Below are positions 9,701 to 18,892 of a DNA stretch of 64,000 nucleotides, one piece after another; the first letter of the stretch is position 1; each line of letters opens with the position of its first letter. Source of the stretch: Candidatus Omnitrophota bacterium (GTDB lineage: Bacteria; Omnitrophota; Omnitrophia; Omnitrophales; Aquincolibacteriaceae); assembly GCA_035352955.1 (NCBI GenBank), contig DAOPYQ010000003.1:76901-140900 (forward strand), given 5' to 3'. The position numbers and the translations under genes are program-made. The notes beneath the pieces are model-generated. The model worked only from the letters and a program-made list of their open reading frames with translations. It did not search any database and had not been told where the DNA came from.

Positions 9701-11264
9701 CGATCGGCGGATTGGTCACCTGCGCAAAGAGCTGGCGGAAATAATTGTAAAGAAGCTGAGGTCGCTCGGAAAGGACGGCCAGCGCCGCGTCATTGCCCAT
9801 CGAGCCGACCGGTTCCTGGGCATTCTCGGCCATCGGCTGGAGGATCATCTTCTCGTCTTCAAGCGTGTAGCCAAAAATACGCTGGCGCAACGCGAGCGTC
9901 TTCTCGTCCACATCGACCGGGCCCGGGACCTGCAGCAGCCCCTTGAGCTCGATCCGGTTCTCCTCAAGCCACCGGCGGTACGGCTTACGGCGGGAGATGG
10001 CCGACTTGATCTCATTATCCTTGATGACGCGTTTGGCCGCCGTGTCGATCAGGAACATTTTTCCGGGGGCAAGCCGCCCTTTTTCAAGGACGTCCGGCGG
10101 ATTAATATCGAGCACACCGACCTCGGAAGCCATCACGACAAGACCGCTTTTGGTGATCACGTACCGTGCCGGCCGCAGCCCGTTCCGGTCCAGGATCGCG
10201 CCGACTTTCACGCCGTCGGTGAATGCGATCGCCGCAGGCCCGTCCCAAGGTTCCATGATCGCCGCATGGTATTCAAAGAAGGCGCGTTTCGCTTCGCTAA
10301 TGTGGTATTTGCTCCCGAACGCCTCCGGTACCATCATCATCATCGCATGCTCGAGCGAGCGGCCGCCAAGCGTCAAAAGTTCATAGACCGTATCAAATGT
10401 GGCGGAGTCGCTCAGCTGGGTATTGATGATCGGGAGAAGCTTTTTGATCTCCGGGCCGAAGAACTCGGAAGAGATCCGGACTTCGCGGGCCATCATCTTG
10501 TTGATGTTGCCGCGGAGCGTGTTGATCTCACCGTTGTGGGCCATGAAGCGGAACGGGTGCGCGAGAGGCCAGGACGGAAATGTGTTCGTGGAGTAACGTT
10601 GGTGGACCACCGCGAGAGCGCTGACAAAATCCTTTTCGGAAAGGTCGGGATAAAAAACTTCAAACTGCGGTGCGGCGAACATCCCCTTATAAACGATCTT
10701 GGAACAGGAAAGCGAAACAACGTAAAAATCCTCGATCGGCCATCCCGTCGCGAGCGCTTCGTTCTCAAAGACCTTGCGGAGCACATAAAGTTTCCGCTCC
10801 AAAGCGATCCCCTCAAGCCCGTCAAAAGCCACGAAAACTTGCCAGATGGAGGGCATGGATTCCCGGGCCATTTCGCCGAGACATTCCGGATGGACCGGCA
10901 CTTCCCGCCACCCGAGGAGCTTCCCGCCTTCGGCCGCGATCTTGGTTTCGATCATCTTCCGGGCCCGCGCGGAATCCTTCTCATTTTGCGGCAGAAACAG
11001 CATGCCGGCGCCGTAATGACCTTCCGCCGGCAGCTTGAATTTCAAAACCCGCGCGAAGAACTGGTGCGGGATCTGGAGGATCATCCCCGCGCCGTCGCCG
11101 GTCTTCTGATCGCCGCCGACCGCGCCACGATGGACGAGGTTGCAAAGGATCTGCACGCCGTCCCGGACGATCCGGTGGGAACGGGTCCCGTCGATCTTGG
11201 CGACGAACCCGACCCCGCAAGCGTCATGCTCCTGGCTGGGGTGATATAAACCGAATTCTTTCAT
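6744..11264 (-). CDS. gltB: glutamate synthase large subunit
   Basis: 1,506 aa. Ntn amidotransferase start (MKEFGLYHPSQEHDACGVGF), central, FMN and C-terminal GXGXG domains. Confidence 0.97.
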   Translation of the reverse strand: MKEFGLYHPSQEHDACGVGFVAKIDGTRSHRIVRDGVQILCNLVHRGAVGGDQKTGDGAGMILQIPHQFFARVLKFKLPAEGHYGAGMLFLPQNEKDSARARKMIETKIAAEGGKLLGWREVPVHPECLGEMARESMPSIWQVFVAFDGLEGIALERKLYVLRKVFENEALATGWPIEDFYVVSLSCSKIVYKGMFAAPQFEVFYPDLSEKDFVSALAVVHQRYSTNTFPSWPLAHPFRFMAHNGEINTLRGNINKMMAREVRISSEFFGPEIKKLLPIINTQLSDSATFDTVYELLTLGGRSLEHAMMMMVPEAFGSKYHISEAKRAFFEYHAAIMEPWDGPAAIAFTDGVKVGAILDRNGLRPARYVITKSGLVVMASEVGVLDINPPDVLEKGRLAPGKMFLIDTAAKRVIKDNEIKSAISRRKPYRRWLEENRIELKGLLQVPGPVDVDEKTLALRQRIFGYTLEDEKMILQPMAENAQEPVGSMGNDAALAVLSERPQLLYNYFRQLFAQVTNPPIDPYRENLVMSLMSFVGRQGNLLEERPEHCHQLKLSHPVLTNDDIDRLKTSNLSSFRVATVPMLFNPAAAGDLPKAVKGLCENVEKKIDEGHSLVILSDRGASADQAPIPALLAATAVHQHLIRVGKRYLGGLVLETGEAREVQHFACLVGYGVNAINPYLVFETLADLKRRGCLSGKITIETAIENYITAVKKGLLKVMSKMGISTIRSYRGAQIFEAVGLNDDFIATYFPGTASRINGIGIEAVERETVERFRSAFQVRETVADSLNSGGKYHYRLFSEKHLWSPMAVTLLQKATRENDYATFKKYSAEVNDISRNLCTLRGLFKFKPGASVPIDEVEPVESIVKRFVSSAMSFGSISKETHETIAIAMNRLGAASNSGEGGEDESRYLPLPNGDSAKSMIKQVASARFGVTIHYLANSKELQIKMAQGAKPGEGGQLPGHKVDAMIAKVRHSTPGVMLISPPPHHDIYSIEDLAQLIFDLKNANPEARVSVKLVSEVGVGTVAAGVAKGKADMVLISGHDGGTGASPISSIKYAGSPWEIGLAEAQQVLVMNKLRDRIRVQTDGQLKTGRDVVIAALLGAEEFGFGTSTVVTLGCIMMRKCHLNTCPVGVATQNPELRKRFAGKPESLMNFMRFVAQEVREWMAELGFRKFEDMVGHVERLEVNHAIEHYKTKGLDFSKVLAKAEVPEGGSIRCVSKQQHDLSLSLDPDLVKKAKAALEVKQPVVLQQKIRNCNRTVGATLSYEVAKRYGLAGLPEDTLHIKFEGSAGQSFGAFLAHGITFELEGDANDYFGKGLSGGRMIVYPPQSSTFRPQDNMITGNVNLFGATSGEVYIHGRAGERFCVRNSGAIAVVEGVGDHGCEYMTGGRVVILGETGVNFAAGMSGGIAYVLDENQLFDTRCNLEMVDLEPVVEAEDTTFLRTSIERHAKFTGSKFAKAVLASWDEMLPRFVKVMPMDYKKALEKLRERQTRGSETADMTEEVFI

Positions 11265-11363
11265 AGAGATCCCTCACGCTCCGTTGGGCCGCGGCACACG
11301 CGGGCACACGTAAACCTTCGAAATTAAGGTCATTAAGCTAGGGCAAGGCAGGCGATTCGTATT

Positions 11364-11903
11364 CTACTGATTTTGGAGAGTTTTCAAATAAAAAAAACCG
11401 ATAATCGTCTTTCCATCCACGATCTGCTTGCGCCGTATCATCCGGCCCAATTCAGCCAGGCTGAACTCTCCCAATTCAAAATCCTCGTCTTCATCCTTGG
11501 GCGCATGCGCCGGCACCATCCGGTCCGCGAGAAACACATGCATTTTCTCTCCGGAAACGCCCGGCGTCGGGTAGAACTCCAAAAGTTTTTTGAGCCGGCC
11601 GGGCTTCCTCCCGACCTCTTCCATCAATTCCCGTTTGGCCGCCGCCGGAAACGTCTCGCGTGGCTCCCGCCCTCCCGCCGGAAATTCCCAAAGATGCCGG
11701 CCCAGCGGAAAACGGTACTGCTTCACGAGAAGATATTTCCCCGACTTCGTCCTCGGAATGATCACGACGCATCCCGGATGTTCCAGGATCTGGCGCGACA
11801 GGACTTTCCCGTGGGGCGTGTGGATATCACAATCCACCAACCGGATCGGCCCCTTGGAAAAAATGACCTTTTTTTTGAGCGTCCTGTATTTTTTCTGGCT
11901 CAT
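11364..11903 (-). CDS. NUDIX hydrolase (ADP-ribose pyrophosphatase-like)
   Basis: Nudix box GGREPRETFPAAAKRELMEEVG. Confidence 0.85.
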   Translation of the reverse strand: MSQKKYRTLKKKVIFSKGPIRLVDCDIHTPHGKVLSRQILEHPGCVVIIPRTKSGKYLLVKQYRFPLGRHLWEFPAGGREPRETFPAAAKRELMEEVGRKPGRLKKLLEFYPTPGVSGEKMHVFLADRMVPAHAPKDEDEDFELGEFSLAELGRMIRRKQIVDGKTIIGFFYLKTLQNQ

Positions 11904-11965
11904 AAAGAAAAACGGCTCGCTGTCCTTATCGGGGCGAGCCTCACTTCAACATTTCGAAGAAAATT

Positions 11966-12063
11966 TGGAGCGGGATACGGGAATCCCAATGCCCGTGCAT
12001 TGGGACTGCAAACGGATCAAAACTTGACGTTTTGATCCGCGGTCTTCTCTTCCCGTATCTCCC
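11966..12063 (-). other. structured ~98-nt element carrying a copy of the tRNA-Gly 3' end
   Basis: A 13-bp closing helix (with a 4-nt bulge) encloses two perfect hairpins: ggatcaaaac/gttttgatcc and cccaatgc/gcattggg. On the minus strand it ends ...GATTCCCGTATCCCGCTCCA, which matches the tRNA-Gly T-stem, acceptor and discriminator, plus CCA. Confidence 0.4.
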
Positions 12064-12129
12064 AAAAAGCGCGGTGCCGTACACGGCTTTCCTAAAAAGT
12101 GACGGCACCGTGCTGATTCATAAAGAATC

Positions 12130-12200
12130 AGCGGGATACGGGAATCGAACCCGTCTGACCAGCTTGGGAAGCTGGGACATTACCACTATGCTAATCCCGC
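12130..12200 (-). tRNA. tRNA-Gly (anticodon CCC)
   Basis: Hand-folded: acceptor GCGGGAT/ATCCCGC, anticodon loop TTCCCAA, T arm ACGGG-TTCGATT-CCCGT, 4-nt variable loop, discriminator U. Confidence 0.9.
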
Positions 12201-12223
12201 ACAAGATGTCAAAAATGCAACGC

Positions 12224-13138
12224 TCAGATTTTACAGATTTTTTTCAAAACTTCCAGCCGTTTGTCAAAGTCCGCGCGCTTCACTTCCCTGAGCCTCTGGA
12301 GCCCGAATTTCTCCACGGTGAACGACGCAACGATGGTTCCATAGGCGATGGCGGTCTTCATGGTCTTCAGGCTAACCTTCCGCGCCGCGGCCAAATACCC
12401 CATCACGCCGCCGGCAAAACTGTCTCCCGCGCCGGTCGGGTCGTACACGCTTTCAAGCGGGTACGCGGGATAAATGAAAACACCCTCGTGACTGTAAAGC
12501 AGCGCGCCATGCTCCCCTTTTTTGACGATGACATATTCGGGGCCCATATTGTGGATATGCTGCGCCGCCTTGATCAAATTTACCTCCCCGGTCAGTTGGC
12601 GCGCCTCGCCGTCATTCATGAACACCGCATGCACGCGACTGAGAACCTTCAGCACGGCATCACGTTTGTTCTGGATCCAAAAGTTCATGGTATCGCAGGC
12701 AACGAATTTAAGCGTCGAACCGTGCACCTGATCCAACACGGAAAGCTGGAGGTCCGGATCCACATTCGCCAAAAACACGAATTCCGGCATCTTGTCATAA
12801 TTCACTTTCGGTTTGAAATCCAACAGGACGTTCAAATCGGTCTGAAGCGTGATCGCCGAATTCATATCGGCTTCATACTTCCCCTTCCAGTGAAAGGTCT
12901 TGCCCGGCAGCGTCAAGAGGTGGCTGAGATCGATCTCGCGTTCCGTGAGGACCTTGCGGTACTCTTCCGGAAAATCCTTACCCACGACCGCCACCACACC
13001 AACGCGCGTAAAAAAGCTGGCCGCGTACGAAAAGAACGATGCAGATCCTCCAAAGACCGTCTGCTGGACGCCAAAAGGCGTCGAAAGCTCATCAATGGCA
13101 ACGGTTCCGATCACGATCAGATAAGGCGGCTTTGACAT
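12224..13138 (-). CDS. PfkB-family carbohydrate/nucleoside kinase
   Basis: 304 aa. N-terminal GG motif (VFGGSASFFS) and the C-terminal PfkB signature DPTGAGDSFAGG. The substrate cannot be called from sequence alone. Confidence 0.85.
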   Translation of the reverse strand: MSKPPYLIVIGTVAIDELSTPFGVQQTVFGGSASFFSYAASFFTRVGVVAVVGKDFPEEYRKVLTEREIDLSHLLTLPGKTFHWKGKYEADMNSAITLQTDLNVLLDFKPKVNYDKMPEFVFLANVDPDLQLSVLDQVHGSTLKFVACDTMNFWIQNKRDAVLKVLSRVHAVFMNDGEARQLTGEVNLIKAAQHIHNMGPEYVIVKKGEHGALLYSHEGVFIYPAYPLESVYDPTGAGDSFAGGVMGYLAAARKVSLKTMKTAIAYGTIVASFTVEKFGLQRLREVKRADFDKRLEVLKKICKI

Positions 13139-13142
13139 GGTT

Positions 13143-13787
13143 TTATCCTTTGAGTATGTCCTTCAATTGTTGTGCGGCTTTTCCCGTATCCTTCGCCGCA
13201 AATAAGGCCCTGACAACAGCAACGCGGGTCGCCCCCGCATTCATGACCGAGCGAACATTTTCAAGATCGATCCCCCCGATCGCGACCCAGGGGATCCGGA
13301 CACTCCCCGCAACCTGGCGGACAAACTTCAACCCGAGCGCGTTCGCGTCCGGCTTGGTGGGCGTCGTAAATACCGCGCCGACCCCGATATAATCGGCCTT
13401 TTCACGTTGCGCCTCAAGCGCCTGCCGGAGATTATGGGTCGATTTTCCGATCCAGAGCTTCCGCCCGGCCTCGCGGATCAGCTGCCGCGCCGCCGGAACG
13501 GGCAAATCACCCTGCCCGAGGTGGACCCCGTCCGCTCCCGCAGCAAGCGCCAGATCCACACGGTCATTCACAAAAAATAATTTCCTGAAACGCGCCGCGA
13601 TCTTGCGGATCCTGAGACCCGCCCGGAGCATCACAGCATCCGTCAGGACCTTCGAGCGCAGCTGAACGATATCCGTCCCGCCGCGGAAGGCTTGTTCGAC
13701 TTTCCTGAAAAGATCCCCGCGTTCTTCCGCGAGATCCGTGACAGCGTAAAGACTAAAACTCCTGAAAACGTTTTCTTGCCAACCCAT
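13143..13787 (-). CDS. thiE: thiamine-phosphate synthase
   Basis: LYAVTD...IVQLRSK...FFVNDRVDLALAAGADGVHLGQGD...IGVGAVFTTPTK...VAIGGI. The track ORF extends to 14003, but that part overlaps the upstream gene. The ATG at 13787 sits directly after the upstream stop. Confidence 0.9.
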   Translation of the reverse strand: MGWQENVFRSFSLYAVTDLAEERGDLFRKVEQAFRGGTDIVQLRSKVLTDAVMLRAGLRIRKIAARFRKLFFVNDRVDLALAAGADGVHLGQGDLPVPAARQLIREAGRKLWIGKSTHNLRQALEAQREKADYIGVGAVFTTPTKPDANALGLKFVRQVAGSVRIPWVAIGGIDLENVRSVMNAGATRVAVVRALFAAKDTGKAAQQLKDILKG

Positions 13788-13789
13788 AC

Positions 13790-14263
13790 CTAGGCCAGTT
13801 TCAGAGCCTTGATCACACGCGTCGACGACCGCCCCGGGACCATCGGGATCCGCTTCACCTTCCCGCCCCAGGAGAGAACTTCCTTCGCCCCGACGATATC
13901 CTTCAAGGCCCAGTCCGCGCCTTTCACGAGCACGCGAGGCCGGATCGCAAGAATCAGCTTCAGAGGGGTCGGGTCCCCGAAAAGGATCGCATAATCCACG
14001 CACGCAAGCGCCGTCAGGACCTTGATACGGTCCCGCTCGGGATTGACGGGACGGCTGGGATCTTTGTAGGACTTAACGGACTTGTCGGTATTCACGCCGA
14101 CGATCAGGACATCCCCGGCCGCTTTCGCTTTCTGGAGATAGGTCACGTGTCCGAGATGGAGGATATCGAACGTGCCGTTGGTAAAAACGACACGCTTGCC
14201 CCGCGCCCGCATACGGCGGACCCATCCGGGAAGTGTTTTATCGTTGAGGATCTTGGAAGACAT
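13790..14263 (-). CDS. rfaE2: D-glycero-beta-D-manno-heptose-1-phosphate adenylyltransferase (RfaE domain II type)
   Basis: Cytidylyltransferase motif VFTNGTFDILHLGH. I prefer the start at 14263 (MSSKILN, AAAGAGG 9 nt upstream) over the track start at 14332, which overlaps gmhA. Confidence 0.88.
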   Translation of the reverse strand: MSSKILNDKTLPGWVRRMRARGKRVVFTNGTFDILHLGHVTYLQKAKAAGDVLIVGVNTDKSVKSYKDPSRPVNPERDRIKVLTALACVDYAILFGDPTPLKLILAIRPRVLVKGADWALKDIVGAKEVLSWGGKVKRIPMVPGRSSTRVIKALKLA

Positions 14264-14291
14264 CGTACCGGCCTCTTTCGGAAACGTCCGT

Positions 14292-14864
14292 TTATCCGAA
14301 CAGGATCTTTTCCACGACCTCGCACACCGCATGGAGCGCGGTGATATGCATCTCCTGCACGTGCGTCGTTTTGTTAGTCTTGGCGATAAAGCAGTGGCTC
14401 ACGGCGTCTTTCATCGTGCCGCCGTCCTTACCGGTAAAACCTACCGTCAAGATCCCCTGCTGCTTGGCCTGTCCGATCGCCTCGAGAATATTGGGCGAAC
14501 GCCCGCTCGTGGAGATCACGATCAGCACATCGCCTTTTTTCCCAAGCCCCTCGATCTGCCTGGAAAAAACCTTGTCATACCCGAAATCATTCCCGATCGC
14601 CGTCACCGCCGCCATGTCCGCGTTCAACGCGATCGCCGGAAGGCTGACCCGGTCCTTTTCAAACCGGCCGACGAATTCCGCCGCAATGTGCAGCGCGTCG
14701 GAGGCCGACCCGCCGTTCCCGCACAGAAGGACCTTGTTGCCGGCCTTCAAAGCGAGAATGATCGCGTGCGCGATCGAGTTCAACACCTCGATCTGAGCGG
14801 GCGTAAAAGATTTCTGGAAGGCGTCCTGATGTCCCTGAAAGATCGCTTCAAAATGATTTTTCAT
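14292..14864 (-). CDS. gmhA: phosphoheptose isomerase (SIS domain)
   Basis: LLCGNGGSASDALHIAAEF...VISTSGRSPNIL. Confidence 0.92.
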   Translation of the reverse strand: MKNHFEAIFQGHQDAFQKSFTPAQIEVLNSIAHAIILALKAGNKVLLCGNGGSASDALHIAAEFVGRFEKDRVSLPAIALNADMAAVTAIGNDFGYDKVFSRQIEGLGKKGDVLIVISTSGRSPNILEAIGQAKQQGILTVGFTGKDGGTMKDAVSHCFIAKTNKTTHVQEMHITALHAVCEVVEKILFG

Positions 14865-14867
14865 GGG

Positions 14868-15896
14868 CTAACCAAAGAATTTCTTGGCAAGTTCGTAAAG
14901 CTCCGGCGGAACCGTCTTGAGTTCCCCGACCGCTTCCTGAAGCGGCACCGCGACGATCTCGCGGCCGCGCAAACTCACCATTTTTCCAAATTGACCCTGT
15001 TCAATAAGTTCCACGGCTTTCACGCCGAAACGGGTGCCGAGAATACGGTCGAACGCCGTCGGAGTGCCGCCGCGCTGAATGTGGCCGAGCACGGTCGAAC
15101 GGGTCTCGATCCCGGTCTTCTTTTCGATCAATTTCGCGAGCCGGTCACCGATGCCGCCAAGACGGACGTGGCCAAACGCATCCAGTTCTTTCTGCGTGGT
15201 CGCAATATCTTCACCTTTGATCGAAAAACCTTCCGAAACGGCCACCACGCCAAAACGTTTGCCGCGCGCCAGACGCTTCATCAAGGGTGCGCAGATCTCA
15301 TCCGCGGTCATGGAAACCTCGGGGATCAACACGACATCCGCGGCTCCCGCGATGCCCGATTCCAAGGCGATCCAGCCCGCGTGGCGGCCCATGATCTCGG
15401 CCACGATGACACGTTCGTGCGATTCAGCCGTCGTGCGGAGCCTGTCCAGACAGTCCGTCGCGATGCCGAGCGCCGTATCGTAGCCAAAGGTATAATCGGT
15501 CGCGTTCAGATCGTTATCGATGGTTTTCGGAACGCCGACAACGTGCACGCCGTCCTTGAAAAGCTTGTTCCCGGCGCCCAGCGTATCCTCACCGCCGACC
15601 GCCACCAGCGCGTCAAGCTTGTTCTTCGCCATGGTGGCACGGACCTTCTGGACATCGCCTTCCTTCTTGTAAGGATTCGTGCGAGACGTCCCGAGGATCG
15701 TGCCGCCACGCTGAAGGATCCCGGCGACCGAATCATTCGACAATTCGACGAAATCATTCTCAATGATGCCCTTCCACCCGCGTTTAAAACCGATCACCGT
15801 CCAACCGTGAAGCTTTGCCGCGCGGACCACCGCGCGAATCACGGGGTTAAGACCTGGGCAATCGCCGCCGCCCGTAAGTATACCGATACGTTTCAT
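14868..15896 (-). CDS. pfkA: 6-phosphofructokinase (ATP- or PPi-dependent)
   Basis: GILTGGGDCPGLN, PKTIDND, MGRHAG. GGEDT in place of GGDGS hints at the PPi-dependent type. That hint is inference. Confidence 0.92.
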   Translation of the reverse strand: MKRIGILTGGGDCPGLNPVIRAVVRAAKLHGWTVIGFKRGWKGIIENDFVELSNDSVAGILQRGGTILGTSRTNPYKKEGDVQKVRATMAKNKLDALVAVGGEDTLGAGNKLFKDGVHVVGVPKTIDNDLNATDYTFGYDTALGIATDCLDRLRTTAESHERVIVAEIMGRHAGWIALESGIAGAADVVLIPEVSMTADEICAPLMKRLARGKRFGVVAVSEGFSIKGEDIATTQKELDAFGHVRLGGIGDRLAKLIEKKTGIETRSTVLGHIQRGGTPTAFDRILGTRFGVKAVELIEQGQFGKMVSLRGREIVAVPLQEAVGELKTVPPELYELAKKFFG

Positions 15897-15940
15897 TTTC
15901 CTGCTCCTATGTTTTAATGTTTTAGTGATTTAAAAATACT

Positions 15941-16486
15941 TCAAACCTGCGGCGCACCGACTTCTTCGATCCCCTTCACATCACAGATCACCGTGACCTG
16001 GTTGTCGGCGCCCAAAAGCCGTTTCACCCGCTCATACACTTCCTGCTGCATCTCGGAAAGAAGCGATGCCACCTGCCCGCCGGCCCACAGAACCAGCCGC
16101 AACTTCACTTCCACGCTCTTCCCGCTGATAATGACCTTGACCTTCGCGTTTTTAACGAGCGTAAAGTGCTTCAAAGCCTTGAGCGAAGCGTTCTCGATCG
16201 TCCCCATAGAGACCACCACGGCCCCCGCGTCGCTATGAAAGATCACCGCTTCATTCGGCCGGCCGGACTTCACCAGCATTTTGGAAAACGAAAGCCCCAA
16301 GACGATAAAAATGATCCCGACAACCCCCACCTGCACCGACCGCCACGGATTTTGATAAATCTCCTGGAGCCGCAGAATAGCGTCGTCAAACGCCAGCAAA
16401 TGAAGCGACATGATGATCAGCAAACTTCCCAACGTCAAAAAGGAGAAGATCGCGAAGAGCTGAGCGAAGGCATTGCCGACTTTCAT
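15941..16486 (-). CDS. membrane protein, Asp23/AmaP-like (alkaline-shock membrane anchor), tentative
   Basis: Two N-terminal transmembrane helices, then an Asp23-like beta-rich domain (KVKVIISGKSVEVKLRLVLWAGGQV...VTVICDVKGI). Confidence 0.55.
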   Translation of the reverse strand: MKVGNAFAQLFAIFSFLTLGSLLIIMSLHLLAFDDAILRLQEIYQNPWRSVQVGVVGIIFIVLGLSFSKMLVKSGRPNEAVIFHSDAGAVVVSMGTIENASLKALKHFTLVKNAKVKVIISGKSVEVKLRLVLWAGGQVASLLSEMQQEVYERVKRLLGADNQVTVICDVKGIEEVGAPQV

Positions 16487-16489
16487 GGA

Positions 16490-17872
16490 TTACTTCTTGG
16501 TCTTTTCCCCGTCGGGGACTTCAACCTTGCCCACTTCGAGGATGGATTCGATGAACTTCGTGTTGATCCCGCCCTGCCGGAACTTCGGATTGCTCAGGAT
16601 CTTCTGCTGAAGCGGAATGGTGCTCTTGATCGGACCGATCTGCATTTCATAAAGCGCCCGCAGCATCACGCTGATGGCCTCCTGACGGTTCCGCCCGTGA
16701 ACGATGAGCTTGGCGAGCATCGAATCGTAGAACGGCGGCACCGCATATCCGACGTAACCGTGGCTGTCGACGCGCACATGGGGCCCGCCCGGCATCAACC
16801 AGTTGTCGATCTTTCCGGGGCACGGCATAAAATTATTCGCCGGATCTTCGGCATTGATACGGCACTCGATCGCGTGCCCGGTAAATTTGACGTCTTCCTG
16901 CGTTAAGCTGAGCTTTTCGCCCGCCGCCACGAGAAGCTGCTCTTTCACAAGATCCAGCCCCGTCACCATTTCCGTGACAGGATGTTCGACCTGCAGTCGC
17001 GTATTCATTTCCATAAAATAAAAGTTCTCGTCCTTGTCGAGCAGAAACTCGATCGTACCGGCATTCTCGTATTTGAAAGCCTTGGCCGCCCGGATCGCCG
17101 CTTCGCCGATCTTCCTGCGGATCTTCAGGCTCAGGCCCGGCGCGGGAGATTCTTCGACAAGCTTCTGGTGGCGGCGCTGGACCGAGCAGTCACGTTCGCC
17201 CAGGTGCACCACGTTGCCAAAGCTGTCGGCCATGATCTGGACCTCGATATGGCGGGGTTCTTCGATGCATTTTTCAACATAGACGTCCCGGTTACCGAAC
17301 GCGGCCTCGGCCTCGGTCTGGGCCGTCAGAAACGCGCTGATGAGTTTACCATCGTTGTGAGCGATCTTGATCCCCTTACCGCCGCCACCCGCCGACGCCT
17401 TCACGATGACCGGATAGCCGAGCTTCTTGGCAAGGCGAAGGGCGTCTTCCTGGTCCGTCACCACCCCTTTGCTTCCGGGAATAATGGGAACTCCGGCCTT
17501 CTTCATTTCAAGGCGCGCGACGGACTTGTCGCCCGCAAGCCGGATGCTTTCCGGCCGCGGCCCGATGAATTTGATCTGGCAGGATTCGCAAATTTCGGCA
17601 AAATGCGCGTTTTCGGCCAAAAACCCGTAACCGGGGTGGATGGCCTCGACGTCCGCGATCTCCGCCGCGGAGATCAGCGCCGGAATATTGAGATAGCTTT
17701 CAGAACTCGGGGCTTCGCCGATGCAAATAGCTTCGTCCGCCAACTTGACGTGAAGGGACCCTCGGTCAGCCTTCGAGAACACCGCCACCGTCTGAATGCC
17801 CATTTCCCGGCAGGCGCGGATCACACGCACCGCAATTTCACCGCGATTCGCAATCATGATTTTTGAGAACAT
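16490..17872 (-). CDS. accC: acetyl-CoA carboxylase biotin carboxylase subunit
   Basis: 460 aa ATP-grasp protein: [21 protein letters not shown]...GGGGKGI...[14 protein letters not shown]. Confidence 0.96.
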   Translation of the reverse strand: MFSKIMIANRGEIAVRVIRACREMGIQTVAVFSKADRGSLHVKLADEAICIGEAPSSESYLNIPALISAAEIADVEAIHPGYGFLAENAHFAEICESCQIKFIGPRPESIRLAGDKSVARLEMKKAGVPIIPGSKGVVTDQEDALRLAKKLGYPVIVKASAGGGGKGIKIAHNDGKLISAFLTAQTEAEAAFGNRDVYVEKCIEEPRHIEVQIMADSFGNVVHLGERDCSVQRRHQKLVEESPAPGLSLKIRRKIGEAAIRAAKAFKYENAGTIEFLLDKDENFYFMEMNTRLQVEHPVTEMVTGLDLVKEQLLVAAGEKLSLTQEDVKFTGHAIECRINAEDPANNFMPCPGKIDNWLMPGGPHVRVDSHGYVGYAVPPFYDSMLAKLIVHGRNRQEAISVMLRALYEMQIGPIKSTIPLQQKILSNPKFRQGGINTKFIESILEVGKVEVPDGEKTKK

Positions 17873-17912
17873 ACCGTCTTCCCGTCTAAAAGGTTAAGAG
17901 GTTGAGGAAAGA

Positions 17913-18383
17913 TTACTTCCGGATCTTCAGGATCGGCTGATCGTATTCCACGGTCTGGCCGTTTTGGACCAGGATTTCGACGACCGTTCCGCCCGTCTCA
18001 GCTTTGATCTCGTTCATAAGCTTCATGGCTTCAATGATGCAAAGAACATCGCCTTCTTTGACCGCCTGATTGACCGACACATACGGCGGCTGGTCCGGCG
18101 CAGGCGCGGCATAAAACGTCCCAACCATCGGTGAGCGAACGATCGTCACGCCTTCTTCGACGGCGGCCGGCGCGGCCGCGGCGACAGAAGCCACAGGCGC
18201 CGCCTGCATGATCGGCGCCAGGGGCGCCATCATAGCCCCCATCGAATGACCGCCATCCACCACGATCCTGCCGTTCGGCTGCTTGCGGAGCTTGATCCTC
18301 ATGTTGTCTTTTTCAATCTCGACCTCGTTGACGTTGTGTTCCGCCATGAGTTCCAGAAGTTCTTTGATCTCTTTAATGTTCAT
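17913..18383 (-). CDS. accB: biotin carboxyl carrier protein
   Basis: Biotinylation motif EAMKLMNEI. The ATG at 18383 forms an ATGA overlap with the aroQ stop. The track start at 18434 would overlap aroQ by 55 nt. Confidence 0.92.
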   Translation of the reverse strand: MNIKEIKELLELMAEHNVNEVEIEKDNMRIKLRKQPNGRIVVDGGHSMGAMMAPLAPIMQAAPVASVAAAAPAAVEEGVTIVRSPMVGTFYAAPAPDQPPYVSVNQAVKEGDVLCIIEAMKLMNEIKAETGGTVVEILVQNGQTVEYDQPILKIRK

Positions 18384-18856
18384 TTGCTTTTCCTTGTCGC
18401 ATGGACTTTCTTCTTGGGTTTGATTTTCGAACAATAGGCCACCAGCCCCATCAGCCCGAGGAAATAGCTGTCTTTCCCGAGCCCCGTCACCTGCGCCACA
18501 CAGGCTGGTGCGGTCATGGAGTGTTGCCTGAAATCTTCACGCTTGTAGATATGACTGAGATGGACCTCGACGGCCGGAAGGCCGGAGGCAGCGAGGGCGT
18601 CACGGATCGCAACGCTGGTGTGGGTATATGCGGCGGGATTGATCAGGATCCCGTCATAACGGCCTCGGGCGCCGCCGATCCTGTCGACCATCACGCCCTC
18701 GTGGTTGCTTTGTTCGATGTCGAGCGAAACGCCGAGGATCTTCGCTTCCCGCTCAAGCCCCTGATTGATCTCGCGGAGCGTCACTTTCCCGTAAACCGAA
18801 ACCTCCCGCTCTCCGAGGAGCTGCAGGTTCGGTCCATGGATCACAAGTATCTTCAT
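18380..18856 (-). CDS. aroQ: type II 3-dehydroquinate dehydratase
   Basis: [18 protein letters not shown]...QSNHEG...[16 protein letters not shown]...[12 protein letters not shown]. Confidence 0.93.
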   Translation of the reverse strand: MKILVIHGPNLQLLGEREVSVYGKVTLREINQGLEREAKILGVSLDIEQSNHEGVMVDRIGGARGRYDGILINPAAYTHTSVAIRDALAASGLPAVEVHLSHIYKREDFRQHSMTAPACVAQVTGLGKDSYFLGLMGLVAYCSKIKPKKKVHATRKSK

Positions 18857-18892
18857 ATAAAGAATAATTCCTTAGATGATTGCGGCTTCCGG

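Noticed and set aside
8457-11249. Very long antisense ORFs in the track: 930 aa opposite gltB, plus 760..1860, 2866..4062, 12032..13135, 14172..15917, 33075..34502, 35933..36859, 52826..54034 and 59877..60647.
   Set aside because: Each lies exactly opposite a gene whose translation has unmistakable family motifs. Their own translations are Arg/Pro/Gly/His-rich low-complexity strings, typical of stop-poor shadow frames in GC-rich coding DNA.
11966-12063. Possible tRNA-Sec or another long-arm tRNA, given the TCA in a hairpin loop, the ~98 nt length and the 3' CCA.
   Set aside because: The putative anticodon stem would be 9-10 bp. Position 33 would be G rather than U. There is no D arm, the T loop is 10 nt, and the acceptor pairing needs a bulge. 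It does not fold as any tRNA class.
12224-13138. The idea that the PfkB kinase is the missing heptose-7-phosphate kinase (RfaE domain I) of the nearby gmhA/rfaE2 pathway.
   Set aside because: Its N-terminal region (LIVIGTVAIDELSTPFG...) does not look like RfaE-I as I remember it, and thiE separates it from rfaE2. This cannot be decided without a profile search, so I annotated it only as a PfkB-family kinase.
13788-14003. 5' extensions of track ORFs, including thiE to 14003, rfaE2 to 14332, accB to 18434, the VanZ-like gene to 43133, the GspB-like gene to 43800, PilO to 47246, the pilin to 51161 and dusB from 62660.
   Set aside because: The extensions overlap the preceding gene or a tRNA, and several begin with TTG or GTG. 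Internal ATGs that have RBSs or ATGA coupling give family-typical N-termini.
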